Shown piece after piece: positions 1-44,817 of a DNA stretch of 64,000 nucleotides. This DNA comes from an uncultured Gemmatimonadales bacterium. GTDB taxonomy: Bacteria; Gemmatimonadota; Gemmatimonadetes; Longimicrobiales; Longimicrobiaceae. Each line of letters starts with the position of its first letter. Positions within the stretch are counted from its first letter, which is position 1. The position numbers and the translations under genes were made by a program. The notes under the pieces are model-generated. The model was not told where the DNA came from. It made no database searches and saw nothing but the letters and a program-made list of their open reading frames with translations. The stretch covers positions 3,040,001 through 3,104,000 of the forward strand of contig OY970303.1 of assembly GCA_963716255.1 (NCBI GenBank). Reading direction: 5' to 3'.

Positions 1-919
1 AGCGGCCGAGAAGCGCCTGGAAGCCGGCCAGCAGCGTCATGAAGAGCGTGGCCCCCTCCGCGCGGGCCAGCGCCCGCACCCTCCCGGCGACGTCCCGCGG
101 CAGGCCGAAGGGCACGTTCAGGCTTTCCGGGCCGGGGACCGGGCGGTGGGGGCGGTCGACCGGGAGCTCCAGGAGCGGCGGAGCGCCCTCCAGCCTGTCG
201 CGCCAGAAGGCGAGCTGCGCATCCACGATCCCGCCCGCGAGGAGCTCGTGCTGCCACAGCGCGTAGTCGGCGAACTGGATCTCCGGCTCGGGGAGCGGCG
301 AAGGCTCCCCGCGCGCGAACGCCCCGTACAGCACCGAGACCTCGCGCATCATCACCCCCACGGACCACTCGTCGCTGACGATGTGGTGGGTGTTGACCAG
401 GAGCACGGAATCGTCGGCGGCGAGGAACAGCAGCGTGGCGCGGACCACGGGGCCGCGCTCCAGGTCGAAGGGCCGCATCCCCTCCGCCAGGGCCAGCCGG
501 GCCGTTTCCCGCTGCCGGACCTCCCCGGGGAGGCCGCGGAGGTCCACCCGGGGGACGGGGAAGCCGCCGGGGGGGTGGACGACCTGCACCGGCTCGCCGC
601 CCCGCTCCGGGAAGACGGTGCGCAGCGACTCGTGCCGGCGCACGATCTCGCCCAGCGCGCGGACCAGCGCGGCCGCGTCCAGCGTGCCGCGCAGCCGCAT
701 GAAGGTGGGGACGTCGTAGGCGGGGCTCCCCGGGTCCATCCGGTCCAGGAGCCAGAGCCGCCGCTGCGCGAAGGAAAGGGGTACGGGGCCCGCCGCCTCG
801 CGGCGGCGGATGCCGGCGCGGCTCCCCTCCGCCCGGGCCGCCTTCTCCCGCAGCATCTTCTGCAGGAGGAGGCGCTTCTCGGGAGAGAGCTGGGCCAGCC
901 GGTCCAGCGCTTCGCTCAT
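1..919 (-). CDS. NRPS, 5' part only (N-terminal docking helix + condensation domain); continues beyond the left edge
   Basis: My translation from ATG at 919: MSEALDRLAQLSPEKRLLLQKML...[10 protein letters not shown]...[11 protein letters not shown] (C-domain core). Not in the ORF track because it has no stop in the window. Confidence 0.93.
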   Translation of the reverse strand, partial: MSEALDRLAQLSPEKRLLLQKMLREKAARAEGSRAGIRRREAAGPVPLSFAQRRLWLLDRMDPGSPAYDVPTFMRLRGTLDAAALVRALGEIVRRHESLRTVFPERGGEPVQVVHPPGGFPVPRVDLRGLPGEVRQRETARLALAEGMRPFDLERGPVVRATLLFLAADDSVLLVNTHHIVSDEWSVGVMMREVSVLYGAFARGEPSPLPEPEIQFADYALWQHELLAGGIVDAQLAFWRDRLEGAPPLLELPVDRPHRPVPGPESLNVPFGLPRDVAGRVRALARAEGATLFMTLLAGFQALLGR

Positions 920-923
920 CCGC

Positions 924-13302
<12,379 letters not shown>

Positions 13303-13319
<17 letters not shown>

Positions 13320-15259
13320 CTTCGCATTCCTCGAGGTTGGTTCTCGCGCCCGCTCCGGAACGGGCCGCCCATCGCGTCCGCGCGCGCGCCCTCCGCGCGT
13401 CGGCCCTGCCGTAGCTCGCCTGCTCTTCCGCCGTTTCCGCCTCGCCGTCCAGCCGCGCCGCCAGGCCGGCCAGCGTGCGCACCCCGAACAGGTCGGGGAG
13501 GGAGAGCGTGCACGCCAGCCGCTCCTCCAGCCGCGCGTGCAGCCGCACCAGGAGGACGGAATCCCCGCCCAGCTCCCAGAAGCTGTCGTGCACGCCCACC
13601 CGCTCGACCCCCAGGGTTTCCGCCCACACCGCCGCCAGCGCCTCCTCGGTGGGGGTGCGCGGCGCCACGTGCGCCCCCGCCGGCCGGGTCCCCGCGGGGG
13701 CGGGGAGCGCGGCGCGGTCCAGCTTGCCGCCCGGCGTGGTGGGGAGCGCGGGCATGGCCACCCACGCCGCCGGGACCAGGTGCGCGGGGACCCGCTCCAG
13801 CAGCCAGTCGCGCAGCTCGCCCGCGGCGGGCGCCGCCCCGCCGCGCGCCACGGTGTAGGCCACCAGCCGCGCCTCGCCGCCGGGCCCGTCCGCGCGCGCC
13901 ACGACGGCGGCGTCGCGGAGCCCCGGGTGCTCGCGCAGGGTCGCCGCCGCCTCGCCCGGCTCGATCCGCACGCCGCGGATCTTGACCTGGTCGTCGGTCC
14001 GCCCCAGGTACTCCAGCCACCCGTCGCTCCCGCGCCGCGCCAGGTCGCCGGTGCGGTACATCCGCCGCCCCGGCCGGTCCGCGAATGGGTCGGGGACGAA
14101 GCGCTCGGCGGTGAGGTCGGGGCGGGCCAGGTAGCCGCGCGCCAGCCGCTCCCCCGCCAGGCAGACCTCGCCCGGCTCGCCGCCGGCCACGGGGTCCAGC
14201 CCGGCGTCCAGCAGCCGCAGCCCGGTCCCCGGCAGCGGCCGCCCGATCCCCGGCACCGGCGAGTCGCGGATCCAGCCGGCGGTGGCGTCCACCGTGAACT
14301 CGGTGGGGCCGTACACGTTGCACACGCGCGTGTCCGGGAGCGCCCGCAGCGCGGCCCACGCGGCCGGGTCCAGCGCCTCGCCGCCGGCGAGCACCAGCCG
14401 CGGCGCGTGCGCCCCCGGCGCTCCCAGCCCCGCGGCCAGCAGGGCGCGGAGCGTGGTGGGGGTGCAGTCCAGCACGTCCACGGCGTGGGCGATGATCCAG
14501 GCCAGAAGCCGCGCCGGCTCGGCCCGGGCCGCCTCCGGCACCACGTGCAGCGCGTGCCCGCGGAGGAGCTGGATCCACTGCTTCACCGAGCCGTCGAACA
14601 CCGGCGGCGCGTTCAGGCTCACCCGCAGCGGCCCGCCGAGGCCGCGGTACACCTCCGCCTCCAGCGCGGCGGCCAGGTCCATCACCGCGCGGTGGGAGAC
14701 CGTGACGCCTTTGGGCCGCCCGGTGGAGCCCGAGGTGTAGATCACGTACGCGGCACAATCCGGGTCCATCGCCACGGCCGGGATCGCCGCGGGGAGCGCC
14801 CGCAGCGCGGCGGCGTCGGCGTCCAGGCGCACCACGCGCTCCGGCGGCAGGGGGAGCCGCCCGCACAGCGACGCCTGGGAGACGGCGGCCACCAGCCCGC
14901 ACTCCGCGGCCAGCTGCTCCAGCCGCGCGGCCGGGGCGGCGGGGTCCAGCGGCACGTAGGCGGCGCCCGCCCCGAGGATCCCCAGGATCCCGGCGAGCAC
15001 CCCCGTTCCCCGCTCCAGCATCAGCCCCACCCTGCGCTCCGGCCCCGCGCCCAGCGCGCGGAGGGCGTGCGCCAGGCGGCCGGCGCGGGCCTCCAGCTCC
15101 GCGTACGACAGCGTCCCGTCCGGGCCGGCGACGGCCGGCGCGTCCGGGGTGCGGCGGGCCTGCGCCCCGAAGGCGAGGTGCAGCAGACCGCCTCCACAAT
15201 GCCTGTCTGATTCTACGCCCGCTTGAAGATGCACTCTCCCGGCCGGTTCACGCAACGCG

Positions 15260-15267
<8 letters not shown>
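13303..15267 (-). CDS. Standalone A-PCP didomain NRPS, probably Glu-activating
   Basis: [23 protein letters not shown]. No C domain. Hand-extracted specificity code DGKDLGVVDK, close to the Glu code DAKDLGVVDK. Overlaps the upstream stop (ATGAGTGA) and the downstream start. Confidence 0.9.
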
Positions 15268-38201
<22,934 letters not shown>

Positions 38202-38811
38202 TCGGCGCGTTGCGTGTGTACCTTCCGGAGCCTCCGCCGCGCCCGCGCGGGAGACGGAGGATCCCCGCCGCGGCGCCCATGGGCGCCCCCGCGGGGGACG
38301 TGGCGGACCCTGGAGCTGCGGGCGCGCGTGGCGCCCGGCCTGCTGGAGACACTGAAAGCGCGCTCCGGACCCATGCGGCCCGGGCGCACCGGGAACAGAT
38401 GATACCGCGGGCGATTCTCGCTCCGCTGTCCCGATCGGGACGGTGACGGGGATGTGGGATCGGGCAGGGACCCGGCCGGACAGTCCGGACTATATCGTGT
38501 CGCTTTCCATGCGGAACGACGCCGCGGCTGCCCCCGGTCCTCAGCCGCGCGGGCTCCACCCCCCCGGAGCTCCGCCCGATCCTTATCCGACAGGGAAGTA
38601 ACTTACTGCATGGGGCCACGTTTTGGAACCCCTTCGCCCACCACCTGTATGGCTCCCACATACGACGCCGGCACAAGCACTTAGGCTCGCGCGCCGACGC
38701 GGCCACGGCATGCTTTTCCCGTCGCCCCGGGGACGCGCCCTGCCCCGGCGCCCGCCGCGGGCCGGCACGGGGTGAGCTGCACCCCACGTTGGAGATCCAC
38801 GAACCGGTGGC

Positions 38812-38840
38812 TTGACGCATCGCGTATTAGGCGTTAATAT
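38812..38840 (+). promoter_or_regulatory. Sigma70-like promoter for the haloperoxidase operon
   Basis: TTGACG-N17-TAATAT in an AT-rich patch about 280 nt upstream of ATG 39123. Confidence 0.65.
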
Positions 38841-38879
38841 TGTCGCGGACACAGAACACCTGATACAGAGGCCGTAGCG

Positions 38880-38918
38880 AGGCCCCTTCCGGCAGAGCGC
38901 CCGGGAAGGGGCCTTTCC
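38880..38918 (+). terminator. Leader hairpin 1 (terminator/attenuator-like)
   Basis: AGGCCCCTTCC...GGAAGGGGCCT perfect 11-bp stem around GGCAGAGCGCC, followed by a short T run. Confidence 0.55.
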
Positions 38919-38989
38919 GCGTTCCGGACACCCCGGTGAGCGACCTGAGCCCGTCTGTACCGGGCGATCGACACGAAGAAAGGGCCCCG

Positions 38990-39028
38990 AGGCCCCACCC
39001 GGCACAGCGCCTGGGAGGGGCCTTTTTT
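38990..39028 (+). terminator. Leader hairpin 2 (intrinsic terminator-like)
   Basis: AGGCCCCACCCGGCACAGCGCCTGGGAGGGGCC followed by TTTTTT; paralog of hairpin 1. Confidence 0.6.
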
Positions 39029-39122
39029 CGTTCGCGGAGCCACGGGCGTCGCGGCGGGGGGAGGACGGACCCGGCCGGCCGGCCGGATCCGGGCAGAACA
39101 CCATTCGACCGGCGAGGACAGC

Positions 39123-40895
39123 ATGGCACAGCTACCCAGGCGTGAGGAGGAGCGGCGTCTCGCCGCGCTCGGCATCCGTCAGCAGGCGGCGGAGCTGGCC
39201 GCGGAGCGGCCGCACGTACCCGACCACAACAACGGGGACGAGGTCAACTACAACCAGACGGACGTGACCGCCGCGGGCGAAGACCCGCCCTTCATCGGCA
39301 ACTTCTCCAAGGGGCTCCGGCACGACCCGCTGGGCGACCCCGATCCGGTGTCGTACGGCTCCCTGCTGCGTGCCCTCCAGAGCCGCGACCCGCAGGACTT
39401 CGAGCGGATCCTGCTGGGCACCATCGACCCGGGCGCCCGGCGGAAGAAGCTCACCAACCCGCAGGGCGGCCTGGCCTTCGACCTGGAAGGCCCGGACTCG
39501 CAGGAGCTCACCGTGCCGCCCGCCCCCCGCTTCGACAGCGAGGTGGAGGCGCACGAGGAGGGCGAGCTGTACTGGATGGCGGTGGCGCGCGACGTGGCGT
39601 TCATCGACTACGTCTCCGACCCGCTGATCGCCGCCGCCGTCAGCTCGCTCAACTCGGAGTTCCCCTGGTTCGGCGGGACGGTCCCGGTCGACGCGCAGAA
39701 CGTTTTCCGTGGCATCTACCCCGGGGAGCAGGTGGGTCCCTACGTCTCGCAGTTCCTGTGGAAGGGGAACAGCGACCCCCGCAAGATGCCCGGCGGCGGA
39801 CGCGACGCCAGCGACGGATACATCGCCTACGGCTCGCAGGTCATCGACCAGCGCCAGCAGACGGTGCTCGGCTACCCGGACCTGGGCGCCGCGGCCGACT
39901 ACCTGACCGACTTCGCCTGGTGGCTGCGCGCCCAGAACGGCGAGGACTTCCGCGGGGGCGACCAGTTCGACTTCACCACCCGCCGCTTCATCCGCAACCT
40001 GCGCGACGGGGCCAACTACGTCCACTTCGACCTGGTCATCAACGCCTGGTACAACGCCGCGTGGATCCTCCTGTCGGAGCCGACGGGGAACCAGGAGGCT
40101 GCCGCTCCCGGCGCCGTGCCCATGCGCGACCGCGAGTTCCCCAAGGACGCGGGGAACCCCTACGAGATGCCGGCGCCGGACTCTCCCACGGAGGTGGGCT
40201 TCGTCACCTTCGGCGACCCGCACGTGATCGAGGTGCTGACCGAGGTGGTCGGCCTCGCCGGGCGGGCGGTGTGGTACCAGAAGTGGTACGTGCACCGCCG
40301 CCTGCGGCCGGAGGAGTTCGGCGGGCGCATCGACAACTGGCTGAACGGGCGCCGCGACTACCCCATTCACCCCAGCATCAAGGACTCGCTGCTCACCGGC
40401 GGGCTCTCGCCCTACTTCGGCAGCCCGGGCGACCGCTACCCGTCGTACCTGCTCCCCCAGGCATTCCCGGAAGGGGCACCCACGCACCCGGCGTACGGGG
40501 CGGGGCACGCCACCATCTCCGGCGCCTGCGCCACCATCCTCAAGGCGTTCTTCGACGAGAGCAAGGCCATCGAGAACCCGGTGATCGCCGCGGCGGACGG
40601 CCTCTCGCTGCTGCCGTACACCGGCCCGGACGCGGCGCAGATGACGGTGGGCGGCGAGCTCAACAAGCTGGCGGGCAACGACGCCCAGTTCCGCAACGCG
40701 GCGGGAGTGCACTGGCGCAGCGACTACACGCAGTCGCTGCTGCTGGGGGAGGCGGTGGCGATCCGGCTCCTCCAGGAGCTGTCCACCACCTTCAACGAGG
40801 ACGAGGCGTACTTCCAGCTCACCCGCTTCGACGGGACCACCATCCGCATCGAGGACGGGTTCGTGGACACGGTGCCGGCGAGCCCGGGGTCGTAG
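39123..40895 (+). CDS. Vanadium-dependent haloperoxidase (PAP2 superfamily), 590 aa
   Basis: Three vanadate-site motifs: WYQKWYVHRRLRPE, PTHPAYGAGHA, RNAAGVHWRSD. GAGG RBS upstream. Confidence 0.9.
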   Translation: MAQLPRREEERRLAALGIRQQAAELAAERPHVPDHNNGDEVNYNQTDVTAAGEDPPFIGNFSKGLRHDPLGDPDPVSYGSLLRALQSRDPQDFERILLGTIDPGARRKKLTNPQGGLAFDLEGPDSQELTVPPAPRFDSEVEAHEEGELYWMAVARDVAFIDYVSDPLIAAAVSSLNSEFPWFGGTVPVDAQNVFRGIYPGEQVGPYVSQFLWKGNSDPRKMPGGGRDASDGYIAYGSQVIDQRQQTVLGYPDLGAAADYLTDFAWWLRAQNGEDFRGGDQFDFTTRRFIRNLRDGANYVHFDLVINAWYNAAWILLSEPTGNQEAAAPGAVPMRDREFPKDAGNPYEMPAPDSPTEVGFVTFGDPHVIEVLTEVVGLAGRAVWYQKWYVHRRLRPEEFGGRIDNWLNGRRDYPIHPSIKDSLLTGGLSPYFGSPGDRYPSYLLPQAFPEGAPTHPAYGAGHATISGACATILKAFFDESKAIENPVIAAADGLSLLPYTGPDAAQMTVGGELNKLAGNDAQFRNAAGVHWRSDYTQSLLLGEAVAIRLLQELSTTFNEDEAYFQLTRFDGTTIRIEDGFVDTVPASPGS

Positions 40896-40979
40896 GCACT
40901 TCTCGGCAGGACGGTCCGGCGTGCCGTGTCCGCGGCGCGCCGGCCGCCGGATCAACCCACCACACGGAGGATACGACCC

Positions 40980-42077
40980 ATGAAGGCACCGGTACGCAAC
41001 TTCATCATCCGCGACGCCACCGGCACCCGCGAAGCGGAGACGCTGGTGATCGGGCGGGGAATTTCGCTCTCCACCACGGCGGGGGGGCTTCCAGAGCTGG
41101 AGAGCCTGCTCCCGGGGCAGATCCAGCTCGTGCCTTCGGGCGGCGACGACACGCAGGCGATCCGCGACGCCCTGGCCCGCTACGGCGGCGTGAGGCTCGG
41201 GCCAGGCATCTTCACCGTGAGCGGCACCATCACCCTGGCCACCGGACAGGGAGTGGCGGGGTGCGGCTCGCCCCGGACCACGGTGCGCTCCACGCACGCG
41301 GGCGCCGTCTTCGACCTGACGGGCAGCGGCACGTCGATCCAGGAGATGGAGCTGAGGGGCCCGGGCGACGACGTCATCGGGAGCAGGGCCGTGGTGGCGA
41401 CCGGCGCGACCAACATCCGCATGCGCGGGCTGCGCATCGTCCTCTTCGACCGCGGCGTGACGCTGGCGCAGCCCAGCCGGGTGGAGGTCTCGCAGGTGAA
41501 GGTGCTCAGCGTCAACGCCGGCTTCACCCTGACCGGGCCCGGCGCCCAGGTGAGCTTCGCCAACGTGGACGTGGACGGGACGCAGGGCTGGGGAATCAGC
41601 TCCACGTCCATGGAGTGCGTGAGCTTCGCCGGGGTGACCCTCAACGACTGTGCGCCCGGACTGCGCGTGTCCCAGGGCGGCTCGCACGCCCTGAAGGCGA
41701 TCCGTGCCACCTGCGCGATCGAGCTTCTGAGCACGCAGGGGGTGGAGATGGCCGGCGTGAACTGCCTGTCCCGGCTGCGGGTGCAGGACTCCGCCGGCGT
41801 GGCGATCATCGGATGCAGCCTGCAGGGGCTCCTCATCGACGGGGGCGAGGCGATCACGGCGAGCGGGATCCGGTCCGAGACCACCGGCTCGGGGGCCCAC
41901 GTCGTGGTGCAGGGCGGCGCGACCGGGGTGGCGATCACCGGCATCCACCACGTCAACCCGGCGACTCCGCCCACCTACGAGGTGGACGTGTCCGCGGCGG
42001 GAGGGCGGGTGGTGTTCATCCAGCACGACTTCGACCCGGCGCGCATCAACTCAGGCAGCAACTTCGCCGCGCTGTGA
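40980..42077 (+). CDS. Right-handed beta-helix (pectate-lyase-like) protein, paralog 1
   Basis: GGAGG RBS before ATG 40980. DDTQAIRDALA...VRLGPGIF cap motif, then V/I/G-rich beta-coil repeats. Confidence 0.7.
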   Translation: MKAPVRNFIIRDATGTREAETLVIGRGISLSTTAGGLPELESLLPGQIQLVPSGGDDTQAIRDALARYGGVRLGPGIFTVSGTITLATGQGVAGCGSPRTTVRSTHAGAVFDLTGSGTSIQEMELRGPGDDVIGSRAVVATGATNIRMRGLRIVLFDRGVTLAQPSRVEVSQVKVLSVNAGFTLTGPGAQVSFANVDVDGTQGWGISSTSMECVSFAGVTLNDCAPGLRVSQGGSHALKAIRATCAIELLSTQGVEMAGVNCLSRLRVQDSAGVAIIGCSLQGLLIDGGEAITASGIRSETTGSGAHVVVQGGATGVAITGIHHVNPATPPTYEVDVSAAGGRVVFIQHDFDPARINSGSNFAAL

Positions 42078-42115
42078 CCGCGCGCCGCTGAACCCAGAAC
42101 ACGGGGATACGACTC

Positions 42116-43261
42116 ATGAAGGCACCTGTACGCAGCTTCATCATCCGCGACGATGACGGCACCCGCGAGGCGGAGACGCTGGTGCTCGGGCGCGGGCTCC
42201 GCATCACCGAGACGGCGGGCGGGCTGCCGGAGCTGGAGGGCGTGCACGGCAGCGAGGTGCTGCTCGCGCCCTCCGGCGCCGACGACACGCAGGCCATCAA
42301 CGACGCGCTGGCCACCGGCAAGGACGTGCGGCTCGGCCCCGGCACGTTCATCATCTCGGACTCGCTCGTGGTGGGCACGGCGGGCGGTCAGCGGCTCAGC
42401 GGCAGCGGGGCGGACCGGACGCTGGTCAGGCTCACCACGGCGGGGATTCCGGCCGTGGTCATGGTGTCGGCGTACTGCACCGTGGAGAGGCTGCGGATCG
42501 ACGGGACGAGCGGGACCACCGGGATTCGAGCGGTCTTTTCATCGGGGTTCCACGTACCGGTGACGATTCGAGACCTCAGCATCACCACCAGGGAAGAGGC
42601 CATTCACCTGGAAAACATCGCCTGCGACATCACGAACCTGACGTCGGTCGGGTTGTCCCAGTACGGGATCTACGCCCGGAACCTCACAGGGACGATCCGG
42701 AACGTAACGATCTCCGGCGCCGACATGCAGGGCATCCACATCGAGAACGGCGATGCCGTCATCTGCGAATCCATCCGCGTGACGGACAGCTACGACGCGG
42801 GAATCTTCGTCTCGGGCGGGACCGGATACCGGCTGTCTGCGGTGCACACCGAGGGCTGCTACGTGGGGCTGACCGTCACGGGTGCCGACCTGGTGGCCGT
42901 CGATTCCCTTTTCATCGTGGCCGGCTTCCTGAGCTACGGAATCCAGCTGGACCAGGTCCGCAACATGGCCGTGAACGGGTGCCGGATCCAGGGGGCCAGG
43001 TCGTCGCTGTACATCCTGAATTCCCAGAACGTGGTCGCCGGCGCACTCCTGTCCGACCACACCTACGCTGCCAGCCCGTTTGCCCACCTAATTGTGCAGA
43101 GCTCCAGCGGGGTGTTCGTCACCGGGATGCGCCTCGTGTCCCAGTCCCCTCCCCCGACCTATGAGGTGGACGTGTCCCTCGCGGGCAATCGCGTGCTGTT
43201 CGGACCGAACAACATCGACCCGGCGCGCATCAACTCGGGCGGCAACTTCGCGCAGCTGTGA
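42116..43261 (+). CDS. Right-handed beta-helix protein, paralog 2
   Basis: DDTQAINDALA...VRLGPGTF cap and GI-x-V/I coil repeats. N- and C-termini closely match paralog 1. Confidence 0.72.
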   Translation: MKAPVRSFIIRDDDGTREAETLVLGRGLRITETAGGLPELEGVHGSEVLLAPSGADDTQAINDALATGKDVRLGPGTFIISDSLVVGTAGGQRLSGSGADRTLVRLTTAGIPAVVMVSAYCTVERLRIDGTSGTTGIRAVFSSGFHVPVTIRDLSITTREEAIHLENIACDITNLTSVGLSQYGIYARNLTGTIRNVTISGADMQGIHIENGDAVICESIRVTDSYDAGIFVSGGTGYRLSAVHTEGCYVGLTVTGADLVAVDSLFIVAGFLSYGIQLDQVRNMAVNGCRIQGARSSLYILNSQNVVAGALLSDHTYAASPFAHLIVQSSSGVFVTGMRLVSQSPPPTYEVDVSLAGNRVLFGPNNIDPARINSGGNFAQL

Positions 43262-43319
43262 GTTGACGTCCTGAAGCACCCGGCCCCGGGCTCTTGCCGC
43301 CGGGGGCACGCCCACACCA

Positions 43320-43352
43320 GGGCCCCGCCCGGCAGAGCGCCCGGAGAAGGGC
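43320..43352 (+). repeat. Third copy of the GGCCCC..CCGGCAGAGCGCCCGG hairpin motif
   Basis: GGGCCCCGCCCGGCAGAGCGCCCGGAGAAGGGC, similar to 38880-38918. Confidence 0.65.
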
Positions 43353-43368
43353 GGATGACCTGAACGCG

Positions 43369-43404
43369 GACGCCGGCGCGGGAATCGTCCCCCGCGCCGG
43401 CGTC
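43369..43404. terminator. GC-rich hairpin between convergent genes (likely terminator)
   Basis: GACGCCGGCGCGGG-N8-CCCGCGCCGGCGTC, 14-bp inverted repeat. Confidence 0.55.
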
Positions 43405-43429
43405 TCCGCACTTCCGCACTTCCGTTCCC

Positions 43430-44674
43430 TCAGTACCGCGTCTCGATCCCGTGCACCACGCGCCAGGTGTCCCGGGCGATCAGCAGTTCCTCGTCGGTGG
43501 GGATCACCCACACCTCCGTCCCCGCTCCGTCCGGGCTGACGCGCCCCTCCGCCCCGCCCACGGTGGCCCGGTTGGCCGCGTCGTCCACGCGGATCCCCGC
43601 CCACTCCAGGTCGCGGCAGATCTGCCCGCGGATGGCGGCGGAGTTCTCCCCCACCCCGCCGGTGAACACCACCGCGTCCGCCCCGCCCATGGCCGCCATG
43701 TACGCCCCCACGTACTTGCGCGCCCGGTAGCAGAAGATCTCGATGGCCAGCCAGGCGCGCCGGTCGTCGTGCTCCTCCGCCTCCGCCAGCAGCTCGCGCA
43801 TGTCGTTGGTGAGCCCGGAGATCCCCAGCAGCCCGGACTGCTTGTTGAGGAGCGCCTCCACCTCCGGGAGCGACAGCCCCTCCTTGACGGCGACGTAGTC
43901 CAGCACCGCCGGGTCCACGTCGCCCGAGCGAGTCCCCATCACCAGCCCCTCCAGCGGCGTGAAGCCCATGGAGGTGTCCACCGACACCCCGCCGGAGATG
44001 GCGCACGCCGAGGCCCCGTTCCCCAGGTGCAGCGTGACGATGCGGGTGTCCTCGCGCGAGCGGCCGGTGAGCTGCCGGTAGCGGTAGGCCACGAAGCGGT
44101 GCGAGGTGCCGTGGAAGCCGTAGCGCCGCACCCGGTGCCGCCGGTACAGCGAGTAGGGGATGGCGTACAGGTACGCCCGCTCCGGCAGGGTGTGGTGGAA
44201 GGCGGTGTCGAACACCGCCACCTGCGGGGTCGCCGGTCCAAGGACGGCGCGCACCGCCTGGATCCCCTTGAGGTTTGCAGGGTTGTGCAGCGGCGCCAGC
44301 TCGATGGTCTCTTCGATGCCGCGCAGCACCTCGGCATCGATGGCCACCGAGCGGACGAAGCGCTCGCCGCCGTGCACGACCCGGTGCCCCGCCGCCCCGA
44401 TCTCCGCCACGCTCCCCACCGGCACCCCGGACTCGTCGCCCACGATCCAGCGCAGCAGGAACTCCACGGCCGCCCGGTGGTCGCGCAGCGGCGCCGTCCC
44501 CTTGCTCGCCCCGCCCTCCCCGGCGCGGAAGCTGTACACCGCCTCGCCGCCGATGCGCTCGATCTGCCCGCGCGCCAGGCGGCGGTCCGCGTTCTCGGAG
44601 AAGCGATGCTCGTCCGTGTCCACGAGCTGGAACTTGAGCGACGACGAGCCGACGTTGAGAACCAGGATGTTCAC
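43430..44674 (-). CDS. ackA: Acetate kinase
   Basis: GTG start then [81 protein letters not shown]. Confidence 0.97.
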   Translation of the reverse strand: MNILVLNVGSSSLKFQLVDTDEHRFSENADRRLARGQIERIGGEAVYSFRAGEGGASKGTAPLRDHRAAVEFLLRWIVGDESGVPVGSVAEIGAAGHRVVHGGERFVRSVAIDAEVLRGIEETIELAPLHNPANLKGIQAVRAVLGPATPQVAVFDTAFHHTLPERAYLYAIPYSLYRRHRVRRYGFHGTSHRFVAYRYRQLTGRSREDTRIVTLHLGNGASACAISGGVSVDTSMGFTPLEGLVMGTRSGDVDPAVLDYVAVKEGLSLPEVEALLNKQSGLLGISGLTNDMRELLAEAEEHDDRRAWLAIEIFCYRARKYVGAYMAAMGGADAVVFTGGVGENSAAIRGQICRDLEWAGIRVDDAANRATVGGAEGRVSPDGAGTEVWVIPTDEELLIARDTWRVVHGIETRY

Positions 44675-44817
44675 GGGAGCGTTCCGCTGCGGGTGTCCGG
44701 TGGTTCGCCCCGGGAGAGTAACAGGCGCGGCCCCCGCGCGACAGCCGGAAAACGCGAGCGCCCCGCGCCGGGAGATTCCCGGCGCGGGGCGCAGTCGGGC
44801 AACGGCGGCCGGCGCCG

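Noticed and set aside
38202..38810. Small ORFs, minus-strand promoter or ops-like site in the NRPS leader
   Set aside because: ORFs lack RBS or motifs; TATAGT near 38490 has only a weak -35; no GGCGGTAG ops site seen.
38845..39040. Known riboswitch or ANTAR element in the haloperoxidase leader
   Set aside because: I could not match SAM-I, c-di-GMP or fluoride consensus. The loops are 5 or 7 nt rather than ANTAR hexaloops. Kept only as an unknown element.
38880..43352. CRISPR array from the three hairpin repeats
   Set aside because: Irregular spacing, degenerate copies and no cas genes.
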